Positions 1 to 10,400 of a stretch of DNA of 64,000 nucleotides are shown here, piece after piece (within the stretch, counting starts at the first letter, position 1; every line of letters starts with the position of its first letter). The DNA lies in the NCBI GenBank assembly GCA_049719805.1, contig JBNARF010000002.1, positions 423,926 through 487,925 of the forward strand, in the 5' to 3' direction. A model generated the notes under the pieces. It saw only the letters and a list, made by a program, of their open reading frames with translations. It had not been told where the DNA came from and made no database searches. A program made the position numbers and the translations under genes. The stretch is from Candidatus Hydrothermia bacterium. Its GTDB lineage: Bacteria > Hydrothermota > Hydrothermia > UBA1063.

Positions 1-732
1 TGTTTGCTCATTGTTATAGCAGTGTAATAAAATGACTACATTGTCTCTTTAGTTCTCTGACGACTTAAGGCCTGTTTTTCATATTGTCAGACTGTTAGAC
101 TGTTTAAGTTCCCGGTACACTTGAACTCATCTTCCCCATTTTATGCAGATTCATTTATGTTTTTTCAATGCTCTCTCAATAGGGAATCTTTTAACAAAGA
201 TTTGTGCCCCCTTGATGATCTACTCATCTGCCATTACATCCTTCTCTACTTCCTATTTGTTGAAGTCAGGATCGGTGGTGTTTTTATAGAGCTTATTTCC
301 TGATCCTTCCTTTATTTTTTGGAGTTAATAGGTACTTTCGATCCCACCAGATTACCGATTGGTTATTAGCAAGAATCCATGACCTCCAGATACCGTTTTT
401 AAAGTTTTTTCTGTCCAGTTTCCAGTAACTTAATTCTTGCAGGGCTGTCCATGTGCCACAACTTTATTGAGCGTTTACCCTTTTCTCCGGAACTCTAATT
501 TTATATTTATGAATTAAGTGAGTTTTAACTACCCGGTTCAAAAAAGGATCTACTTCCCTGAAAACATCCCCTTACCCGAACGTTTTTTCTACAAAAGGGT
601 GAGTTTTTCAAATAGCGCCGGATTAACAGTTCCTGAAGGTTCTCTTGAGGAAAATACCAGCAGGTAACCTGAGTATCTGGAAAAAGGTAAATGCCATAAC
701 CAAACACCTTCTAATAAGGCGAAGCCACAAAA

Positions 733-3282
733 CTACTGGTTATATTCCTTAATTTCAATATCTTCCTGTCTTGCAGCTTCTAATATTTTATCCTCATAAT
801 CTGATTTACTGAGCCATCCATCTTTTGCCTCTATGTATATTTTTATGTTACACTGTTTAAACTTACTTTTCAAATAGTTTATAATCCTCGTTATTGTAGA
901 CATTTTGCCCTCTAAATTTGAGGGAAGTTTAAGTTCTAAACTTATTTCGCGTCGAGTTTCTTCGATCCGCGACACTTCTGTTTTCTCTTCCCTTACTTCA
1001 GATCCGTGCGTTGAAACTTCTTCCTCTAACTCCATAACCCCTGGCTCTATCTTTTCCTTTTCTCCAGTTTTTCCCTCACATAAATCCGGCCTTATTATAA
1101 TTTCTCCTTCACTGAGGGTTATGTGTGGAGTTTCCTTTATGTTATTACAAACAGGTTTTCCGTTCTCAATGTATCCGAACCCAAACAATCCTCTTTCTAC
1201 TCCCTCTTTAAGGCCGGTGATGAAACCTTCTTTCGAAGTTATTCTTAACTCACCGGGTGTTTTAAACAAAGATTCAAAAAGTCTAGAGATCTCAATGAAG
1301 TCTTTTCCGGCAAGGTACTTGTCTTTGATCACGTTGGGTGCTATTTTCTCCAGAATTTCCCCAGAAATCTTCAAATAATTGTAAATTTCCTGATCAATTT
1401 CCGTTTCTCCGTAAGTTGGTAATCCCAGATCTATTTCTTTAAATCCTTCTCTTGATGGAATGAACAACTTTCTGTATAACTTTCGGAGTTCTTCATATTC
1501 TCTTTCTTTATAGCTTTTGAGTTTATTTCTTAATTCATTTTTCTGGGTTTCTGATAAGTTTAGTTTATCGTCCTGCTCTATTTGCCGCAGTGCTATTAGC
1601 TTCCTCAGGTAAGAGTAAAATGATTCTCTCTGTCCTTCATCAATGCATAAAAATATTAGTGTGTTTCTAAATACCCGTGGCGTTTCGCCGTGTTTCTCCA
1701 GAAAGTCCATATCTGGCTTGTCTGAATTTAGAATTATAAGTTTTAACTCTTCGTTGTCTGCTACATCTCTGGAGAATTTTGGATGGATATATATCCTGAA
1801 TTTTCTTCCTCGTGATGTATGATCTCCAATTACTTTTTTTTCTTCCTCGTAAATCTCGTTTGTTGTTACATTCTCCTCCCTTGAGATAATTATTCTATTA
1901 AGATTTGGTCGATTTGTAAAGAAAAATCCGTCGTCAGAAAGATAAAATAGTTGTTCTTTAAGGTTGTTTAAAACAGTGTCTATAACATTGATTTCGAAAG
2001 CAGGTTGGGCGGTAGTTAATTTTATTTCTCTTATACTGGCACCGGTTTCACCTTTCCCAGAAAATGAAAGCATAAATATGGCTGTACTCACGGAGGTTCC
2101 TAGTTTGTGAGGCAAATACGAACTTCCCATCATTTGATTAACTTTCTTGGCACCTGAATCTCTTGAAGTGATGTCCTGGGCTATTATACTATCCCACTCC
2201 TGTCCAATAAGTTGTATGAGTTCTCTCCTCAGGTCTTCGTTTTCAAGGTTGAAGTCAGAAAGGCGTATGAAAGGTATGTTTTCATTGTTAATTAAATCGT
2301 GAACAACCATGGAGAGGATCCTGAGGACTCCTCTTGTTCTCTGGAAAGTGGGAAAAGAGCCCCATCTTTTGTAAAGGACATCAATAACCTCAGGTTTGAA
2401 CGGATAACTTCTAATAAATCTCTCTCTATATGCTGAAACCTCATCTTCCAAGAGAATTCCTGCTTTTTTTGCATATTCTACAAAACCATCCACTACTTTT
2501 TTGGCTTCTTTTTCGTCAATCTGTTTAAATAGCCTCGCGCGAACCACATTTTCTATCTCGTCGTCCTGGACCGGAGTGTAAATTTTTTCCGTCCTTCCGG
2601 TTATTTTCTGGAGTTGTTGAAACATCTTTTCAGCATTTTCGTCGTAGTGTTCCAGAATGCTTGAGGGAAGGGTGAGAACCAGAAGTGAATTACCCACTGC
2701 GGCCACAGCCCCCGTAAGTTCCTGAATAAAGGCGAGGGTTTGTGCAGCAAGGTTAGAATCCCCCACCTTTATTCCTGCTGCCTTGGTCATATACTGCAGG
2801 ACTTCGTCCATGAGTATAAGCACAGGAGCATTCTCAGAAAGCAGTTTTATTAGTGCTTCTTTTCCTGGAGCGGTGTCTCCTTTTGTAACCTCAATTTTAC
2901 CTGTTAACTGTTTTTCGAGTTCTTCCCACAGTTTATCTGTGGATTTAAGTGCTGTTCCATCCAGTACCACGGTCTTTGTATTCCATTCCCTGGCTTTATG
3001 ATATAGAGCTATCAGTGTGTGGGTTTTACCACCACCGAAAGGTGTCTGGAGCTGGATTGTTGAATCACCGCTTTTCCCCTCAAGTCTGTTTTTTGCAACA
3101 TTCAGTATGTTTTTTAATCCGGCAGTTTGATATGTTTTTCGGAAAAACAAATCGGGATTCTGATAATCATTGGGTGCCTGCCCACTGGCAACTAGCCAGA
3201 GGTCTGCGGCAAAAACATCCATGGTAAGTTGGCCCTTGACTATGTCATCATGAGGGATTGCAATCCGTGTAAACCCCTTCAT
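733..3282 (-). CDS. DUF499-family P-loop ATPase (BrxC/PglY-like) of an R-M/BREX-like defense module
   Basis: 849-aa ORF. N-terminus has the PHDDIVKGQLTMDVFAADLW...LQTPFGGGKTH Walker-A block typical of DUF499, and LILMDEV is a Walker-B-like block. The stop abuts the methyltransferase gene. Confidence 0.8.
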   Translation of the reverse strand: MKGFTRIAIPHDDIVKGQLTMDVFAADLWLVASGQAPNDYQNPDLFFRKTYQTAGLKNILNVAKNRLEGKSGDSTIQLQTPFGGGKTHTLIALYHKAREWNTKTVVLDGTALKSTDKLWEELEKQLTGKIEVTKGDTAPGKEALIKLLSENAPVLILMDEVLQYMTKAAGIKVGDSNLAAQTLAFIQELTGAVAAVGNSLLVLTLPSSILEHYDENAEKMFQQLQKITGRTEKIYTPVQDDEIENVVRARLFKQIDEKEAKKVVDGFVEYAKKAGILLEDEVSAYRERFIRSYPFKPEVIDVLYKRWGSFPTFQRTRGVLRILSMVVHDLINNENIPFIRLSDFNLENEDLRRELIQLIGQEWDSIIAQDITSRDSGAKKVNQMMGSSYLPHKLGTSVSTAIFMLSFSGKGETGASIREIKLTTAQPAFEINVIDTVLNNLKEQLFYLSDDGFFFTNRPNLNRIIISREENVTTNEIYEEEKKVIGDHTSRGRKFRIYIHPKFSRDVADNEELKLIILNSDKPDMDFLEKHGETPRVFRNTLIFLCIDEGQRESFYSYLRKLIALRQIEQDDKLNLSETQKNELRNKLKSYKEREYEELRKLYRKLFIPSREGFKEIDLGLPTYGETEIDQEIYNYLKISGEILEKIAPNVIKDKYLAGKDFIEISRLFESLFKTPGELRITSKEGFITGLKEGVERGLFGFGYIENGKPVCNNIKETPHITLSEGEIIIRPDLCEGKTGEKEKIEPGVMELEEEVSTHGSEVREEKTEVSRIEETRREISLELKLPSNLEGKMSTITRIINYLKSKFKQCNIKIYIEAKDGWLSKSDYEDKILEAARQEDIEIKEYNQ

Positions 3283-5994
3283 TAAAATAACCTCCTTTGA
3301 GAGTCTTCATGCCTTATTTCATCTACCAACTTATCTTTCCCGCCCAGGAATCCATCTAAAAGTCTCTTTTCTCTGCTATCATCAGGTAAAGTCTCTGAAA
3401 TTGCCTGAGCAACCCTGTAAAAAGCTTTGCTTAAACCATATCCAGTTTCCTTCAGGACTTCTTTCATTTTTTCCTTTTTCCCGTCTTTCCAGAGTATGAG
3501 AACTTTGTGAAGCACGTCAATCATCTCCCGGGGGTTTTTTAGATCATCAAGTTTTCTGTCCTGAGGGCCAAGAACAATTATGAATTCCTTATCTTTTTTT
3601 ATAAAGCTTTTATTCCATTCCTCTTCAACATTTACACCTGTTGATTGGGCAAGTTTTCTTGCATCATCAAAATGAACCTTTGCCTCCTGGTAAGTCCATC
3701 TCCACAAAATATAAAATCTTGTAAGTGGTGAAAGCTCTCCCGCAATGCCGTTGTGGAGAATTTGCCTTACAGCATAATCTGTGACAATCTCACGGACATA
3801 ATTAAGCAATTCTCCTGCGCTAATCTCATTACCCTCATAATCCATGATCTTTTTGTATTTTCCAAATATCTCAATGGCTGAACCAATGGCAGCGATGAAA
3901 TAATCGGCACCGCTTATTCCCTCTTCCCAGAGCATCTCGAGCTTTTCTGTGATGTGTTTTTTCATCTCCTCCTTTACTTCATTTAGCCAGCCTGTTTCTT
4001 TTCTTTCTATTTTTCGACACACAAGGTAAATAGAAGAAGAAAGAGCTGCGGTTTCTTTAGCTGTAAGTCTTGTTTTCATTTCAGTATCAATGGGCCAGGA
4101 TGCAGTTACCACTAAGTTAGATTCTAAAAGCGAGTTTATTAATGTTTCCCAGCCTGATGTTGATTTATGGGTATAAACAATGGTTGCAATTCCATTGGGT
4201 TTTAAGACACGGTGAATTTCTTGGAAAGCTTTCTTAAGCATACTTTCAAAGAATTCCTTAGCTTTCTTTTCATTTCCATGTCTGACTGGGTTTGCAACTG
4301 TTTCTTTTGACTTTGGGACTAAGGGAGTTAAAAACAGTTCGGGATAAAGATCTCCAATGCTTCTTTTTAGCCAGACATAGAAGAAATCAGAAAGTTCAGC
4401 ATAGTTTATATTGTCATAATAAGGGGGGTCTGTAAAAACCGCATCAAAATAGTTATCAGTATAGGGAAGCTCTGTGGCAGAGGCTTGGGTGATGGTTGGG
4501 ACTAAGGAATAGGGACTGGGGGTTGTGGCAATTTGGGAAAGGTGAGAGAGAACATTAAGTATATTATTTTTGAGGATGTTTTGATACGAATATCCCTTCT
4601 CGGAAAAAAATGTTTGTTTCGATATAATCCCAATTCATAGGGAGAGCTTGTCTAGCAAAGGTTGTAGATATTTTTTCCCATGTTCCATCCCAATGACAAA
4701 GTGTAGAATTTGTGTCTGCTAACCTACTAGGTATAAACACCAAATAACTCACCACTGCCTTTGCATACTCTTTATCATATCCTTCTTCAAGCATTTTTTT
4801 GTAGGCAAGTCTTCCTTTCTCGGTAAAGGTAATCAAAGCCAGTTTCTGGCGCGAATTGAAGAGGTTGCCCCATTTGAGCATTCCATACCTTTGAACACGA
4901 AAACCAAGGGTTTCTTTCGGAGGTAATTCCTCATCTGGCACAGGGTCAATGCCCCATTCTTCCATAAGTTTTTGCCTTTTTTCATTCAGATACTTTTGTG
5001 CTTCTTTGAAGATCTGGATGTCCCTTTCCTGTGCAAGTCTGTACCTTTTTCCGTCTCTTCCGGGCTTGTGTAGAACCACGGCAACCATCCTTTCTCCTGC
5101 TTTTCCTTCCTGAAAGAGCTTCCTCGTTCTTTTGTCGTCAACCACAGAACCGCAGACGGGACAAACCGCTATAGCCCTTGAAACCGTCCCCCTTGTGGGG
5201 TCAAAACCTTCGGGCATTTTCTCGTATCCATCGCCCACTATCTTAAATTTGACCTCTCTTCCCTCCACAAAAGGATAGAGTGAAACCTTTTTGTTTTTTT
5301 TCTTTGCAAGCCAGAATTGTCGCATTAAGGGAATCTCAGCACCGCAGGTAGGGTTCTGGCAGGGGATAGTCCTTGCCCATATGTAGCCCACGGGTATTGA
5401 ACCATCTTCATCTTCAGGATAAAATCTTCCGATTTTTTCTTTTGCCTCTTTAAGAACCCAATTCCCCCATTTTTTTACATCTTCAAGGAGGGGATTTATG
5501 GTATGGGTCCCAAGGATACCCTGCTTGTTTTTAACTTCCACTGGTCTACCATATTTTTGGGGATATTCAAGTGTGCATTTCAGAATTAGCGTGGCAACGG
5601 GATTGTATTCGATTGCATGTGCTTCACAACCAATGCGAAGAGCTTCGAGGGGGATTGAACCTCCACCAGCAAATGGATCGAGAATTCTCGGGGGTTTCCC
5701 GTTGTTTACCTTCAAAACATTTTCTCTTGCTTCTGTGATTATTCTTTTATTCAGACTGTTCTCCCATTTTGAGAGTTCTATTATGAAATTTTTGATCTTT
5801 TCGCGTTCTGCGGAGTCATCTGTGGCTGGAATCAAAGCAGCAAAATTTGTTGCCCTTGAAGAGGCCAAAGGACGGCGTGCCCACCAGATATGTAGTGTTG
5901 AAATGTGCCCGTGCCTTATATTTTTCTCCCTTACAGATTCTTCGCTTACTTCCTTTATCGGAAAGCTCACTTCAATGAACCGTTTATCGTTCAT
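3282..5994 (-). pseudogene. DUF1156-family Zn-ribbon N6-adenine DNA methyltransferase (COG1743/PglXI-like), disrupted by two frameshifts
   Basis: The N-terminal 476-aa ORF has [13 protein letters not shown], the SAM motif [13 protein letters not shown] and the Zn ribbon [10 protein letters not shown]. The catalytic FTDPPYYDNINYAELSDFFYVWLKRS motif is read by hand in a third frame between 4380 and 4440. That frame runs into the 319-aa C-terminal ORF. The frame changes are at the A7 tract 4604-4610 and near 4422-4442. Confidence 0.75.
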
Positions 5995-6306
5995 TTATCC
6001 ACCCCTTTTTTATTGATTTCTAAGTTTTTTTAATCTCATTGCTTTCACCTTTTTGTGTCTATTAAAAAGTCCCTTAAGTAAACAAGTTTTTACCTATAGT
6101 CCCTCTAGCTTTGTAATTTCACAAATATTCATCTTTTTTGTACTGTTTAACATCAGTTCATTTGCAAATTTTAAATTGTTATTTAAGTATATAGTGGACT
6201 TCAGGTCCTTCCATCTTTTTGCAAAATTCATGATTTAAGCTTTTTCCGTATCTCAAGATCTTGCTTTTTCACCCAACTTACCATTGAGTGTGATACTCCA
6301 CGCGAG

Positions 6307-6546
6307 TTATTTCCCCTCTGTTTTTACATTCATAATCGAGCTTACCTTATCTTCGTTTAATCCCGGTTTTCCAAAATGGGTCTTTTTGTAGATACTCCTT
6401 AACGATATAAATAAAAATCCTTTACTGGATTCTTGGAATTTCGGCTCAGGAAGACCGTGTTTTTTAGAATGTGCAAAACCCCTCTTGGTGCCAGTGCTCC
6501 ATCTTTCAATTGTTCCGGCATAATGGGGTACCATTGCAATTAACAT
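6307..6546 (-). CDS. hypothetical small protein (79 aa), translationally coupled to the upstream unknown gene
   Basis: The start overlaps the upstream stop in an ATGTTAA arrangement. No recognizable domain. Confidence 0.35.
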   Translation of the reverse strand: MLIAMVPHYAGTIERWSTGTKRGFAHSKKHGLPEPKFQESSKGFLFISLRSIYKKTHFGKPGLNEDKVSSIMNVKTEGK

Positions 6547-7442
6547 GCTTCTTCCTTCGAGAAATGATTACCTTCTGACAAATGGAAGGTGAGGCATTCA
6601 TGCAAGATCCCACGGTCCAGAAGCGGACTACGGTTCTCGTTAGTTTTTATTTGTGTTTCTGTGGTATCGATGTAATACCCACGAAATTGTGCGGTAATAC
6701 ATGCCTCTCTGATTGCGGGAACAAGATAATCGCAGACAACATTTTTCTTCATGCTATCTGTTTCTAACCCGCCGATAATATGCATGCTGGCAGGTTTTAT
6801 TAACTCTTTATCCCGAGTGTGAAGATTTTTCCTTACTTCACTATTATATATAATCTCCACTGGAGTATTTAATCCACCTGCTTTCAAAATAGAGTTTTGA
6901 AAATATCTCTGTGGAATCTTTCCAGAGAATAACCCTTTATAACTACAAAGTTTCCCATTTTTTGCCAATTTAAGAGTTTCCGGTATTATTTCAGGAAAGT
7001 CTTTCCGGGAAATGGCCAATCTCTCTTTAGCGCCATCCCAAAGTTTAAGAAAAGTTGCCTCACATGTTTCTGCGATGATTGCGGTGGACAGAAAAGAATA
7101 ACTTAAAAGCCTTTGCTTTTTCAGTTCTGTTTCTATTGGCTTTACACTGCTCGATTTCGGCTTTGTTGAACTTGCTCCAGTGTAAGGTCTTCCTCTGTAT
7201 GAGACTGGAGATTCTAAATATAAGGCCACTATTTTGAGGTTAGCATTATCTTTAGTATTCTCCCTTAGTTTATTGCTTAAACCCTTGAGCAATTGTTTTA
7301 AGTTTTTAAGTCCAGCAGGATTACCACTGTCTGGTATGCAAGAATGGAAAATGACACCATCTATATCGAGAATAGCAAAAGGAATTTTCAGAAGTTCGTC
7401 TTCTCGGAATTCTTTAAATTCAGCAGTCTGGTTTTCCTTCAT
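6540..7442 (-). CDS. hypothetical protein embedded in the defense module. It has an hhhDxDGhh motif (FAILDIDGVIF) reminiscent of HAD motif I or the PIN first strand
   Basis: 316-aa ORF with an alternative TTG start at 7490. The ATG at 7442 overlaps the helicase 3' end by 23 nt. Same strand and operon as the helicase and methyltransferase. Confidence 0.5.
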   Translation of the reverse strand: MKENQTAEFKEFREDELLKIPFAILDIDGVIFHSCIPDSGNPAGLKNLKQLLKGLSNKLRENTKDNANLKIVALYLESPVSYRGRPYTGASSTKPKSSSVKPIETELKKQRLLSYSFLSTAIIAETCEATFLKLWDGAKERLAISRKDFPEIIPETLKLAKNGKLCSYKGLFSGKIPQRYFQNSILKAGGLNTPVEIIYNSEVRKNLHTRDKELIKPASMHIIGGLETDSMKKNVVCDYLVPAIREACITAQFRGYYIDTTETQIKTNENRSPLLDRGILHECLTFHLSEGNHFSKEEAC

Positions 7443-10400
7443 TTTCCCACATCTCGCATTTGTTTTTCCACTCTTCTGCAGAGATAACAAATCTCACAAC
7501 CTCAACCTTTTCTTCGGGTTTCAGGTTCTCTGCAGGGTTTCGTATGATATATAACGCTGGATTAGAGGTAACATTTGTCACAATATACAGATAGTACTGA
7601 TCCTTAAATCTCTTCGCCTTAAACCATTCGTTTGGAGTTAAAGCTACATCACCTTCATATGCTCTTGCTTTTACTTCTATGTATCTTATTTCGCCTTTTC
7701 CCCTCGATCTGATATCAAATCCCAGATTTTCACTTGATACATCCTCGGGCTCCCTTCCTTGCTGTCTCTCGTATTCCATTGCTATTTCCATGCCAATTCT
7801 CTCAATTTCTTCATTTTCAATCATATCTGCTTTTTCAGGAATTACCCGGATTACGGTAAAAAATTCAGGCATAGGTATGGTAAGTGTCTGCCCCAGTTCC
7901 AGTTCTCTCTCAAGTTCTTTTTTTGCTTCCTCGTACCTTTTCTTCTGTTCCTCTTTATTTCTAATGGGCAGGTCTACCCTTTCACCTTTTGCCTCTCTTT
8001 CGCGAAGTTCTACAAGTTCCTCATCCAGTTTTCTGATGAGATTATTTAAAGATTCAAGGCCGTATTTCTTTTTAATCTCGGCCTGCCTTCTTCTTTCTTC
8101 TAATATTTCGTTTTTGTAACTTTCAACAGTTCTAATGGCTGCTGATAAGGTTTTTTCCTCATTTAAGGTTTTTTCCTCATTAGGAATAACGACATTTTCC
8201 CCCTGATTAACTGGGGAAAGGTCCCATAAAATCGCCGGATTGATCTCTCTTAAATTTTTTCCATCATCGTATAAAGCGATAATTTTTCTCCCTGCTACCT
8301 CCCCCTTCCCATCTCTTACTTCACCTATGTAAAACCAGATGTATCCATTGAGGATTCCCGAAGGATCCTTAAATACAGAACCCCTGGTAACTTCTTCTGA
8401 GTATTTCCTTAATATCCATTCAAGAAGGGCTTCAAATAGCGGATGTCCAAAAGATATAAATTCCGTGTCCGGGTTTTTGAAGGCTATGTCTTTATCAAAG
8501 GTTGCTCTGGGATATCTCGACATTACCACACCGAACCTGTTTTTAAATTCTTCGCTCTCTGCAATTTTTCTTATCTCATAGGGAATAGAATCTATAGCAA
8601 TGAATCCTTCTTTGATTTCCCTCATTCTCCCACCTGCTTTCTGGAAGGATTTTTTAAAGAATTCTACCACATATTCAGGAATTAAGCGGTATTCCTTTGC
8701 TTTTTCTGCCATCTCTTTTATTCTGGTGTAGTCTATGATCCTTGTGGCGAGGCTTTCTCCTAAAATTTCCTTTATCTTTTTTATGTATTCCTCATTGGGC
8801 TCTATATCCAGTTCTTTCAGGATTTCATCCATACTCTTTGCATTGGTTACTGCTTCCAGTATCAACTGGTAAAGGTTTTTCCCTTCAAATACCTCTCCTA
8901 TAACGTCAAAAACTCGATCACTTCCAAGTTTGCTTCTAATCTCCTCAAGTTTCTCAAAGAGTTTAAGAAGGACCTTACCCTCTCGTGTATCCTCCGCCAC
9001 GATATTGAAAATATACACATCTTTTTGTTGCCCGTATCTGTGGATCCTTCCCATTCGTTGCTCGAGCCTGTTGGGATTCCAAGGGATGTCGTAGTTAATC
9101 ATTATATGGCAAAATTGGAGATTTATTCCTTCGCCTGCTGCCTCAGTTGCAACCATGATTTCTGTTTCATCTCTGAAAATTTTCTCTGCCTTAATTCTCT
9201 CATCTATGTTCATTCCGCCATGAATACAGTTAACCTTGTATCCCCATGATTTAATTTTACTGTGAAGATATTCAAGAGTATCCCTGGATTCAGTAAATAT
9301 CAGAATTTTCTTGTTCCCCTTCATCTCCTCAATTTTACTAAAGCCTTCTCCAATTGCCTTTTTTAGTTCATGTAGTTTTATTTCCTCTTCTTTATTTATG
9401 ATGTCTTTTGCCTTCTGTATAAGCATCTCAATGGTTCTAATTTCCTCCTTCAACTCTTCAGGGTCACTGGCGATGGTTATAGATTCCCATTCTTCTTCGT
9501 TTTCCCATCTCTTACTTTCTTCCAGATCGTCCATTTCCTCATAGTCGAAGGGGAAAAGGCCCTCCTTTGGTTTTTCTTCTCCGCTCAGAATTTTTTCAAG
9601 TCTCTCTTTCCTTCTTTCAAGAGATTTCAAAAGTGCGTAAGTGCTGGATGCCATTCTCCGCTGGAGTATCACGAGGGCAAATGCAATGTTTCTTTTTTTG
9701 TCAAATTGCAGCGCTTTGTTATATTGTTCAACCACATAACGAGAAACTTCATTATAGAGTGATTTTTCATCTTCTGAGAGGCGAAACTTGATGGTTATAG
9801 GGAACCTTCTCGTAAAAATTGGTCTTCCATCAAAATCCTTAAGATCTTCTTTTAATCTTCTTATAAATAATGGGTTATCGTTATTTTTAAGGGACTCTTC
9901 TACCATTTTGCTGGTGGCAAAAAAACCTGGCATGAGTAGATCCAAAAATAACCTGAAATTTTCCGGGTCGCCTTTGTGTGGTGTTGCCGTTAAAAAGACA
10001 AGGTGGGTTGATATTCTGGATAGCACCTCTCCCAATTTGTAACGCTGTGTTCTATTTATCCTGTCACCGTACCTGTATGCTGACATTTTATGAGCTTCAT
10101 CAACGATTATAAGATCAAAGTGAGCTGAGCTTAAGCTCGCAAGTATCTCGTCCTGTTTTGCAAAGTCAATGGAAGTTATGATCTGATCGTTTTTTTCCCA
10201 TGGATTTTCCCCATAGTGAGCGTTGAAGGTATTTCTATCCAGAACCACAAACTTCTCATCGAATTTCTCTTTTAACTCTCTTCTCCACTGATCCTTTAAG
10301 TGTCCTGGTACGACTATTAAAACCCTGTTCGCTAATCGTCTAAGTTTCAACTCTTTCAAAATTAGTCCCGCCATTATCGTTTTTCCAGCGCCAGGGTCGT

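Noticed and set aside
1-730. Possible remnant gene (pglZ or brxA) or att site downstream of the DUF499 gene.
   Set aside because: The ORFs 121-303 and 525-707 have no recognizable motifs. Hand translation of all frames gave nothing resembling PglZ or BrxA. No repeat of the tRNA-Asn 3' end was seen.
905-1378. Plus-strand ORFs antisense to the DUF499 ATPase gene. Similar Ser/Leu/Phe-rich ORFs lie antisense to the helicase, e.g. 7679-8119 and 9311-9544.
   Set aside because: Low-complexity translations of the opposite strand of strongly supported genes. No RBS or domain signal.
6540-7490. Idea that the 316-aa protein is a divergent PglZ or BrxA.
   Set aside because: PglZ is about 700-900 aa and alkaline-phosphatase-like. 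BrxA is about 200 aa and helical. Neither size nor motifs fit.
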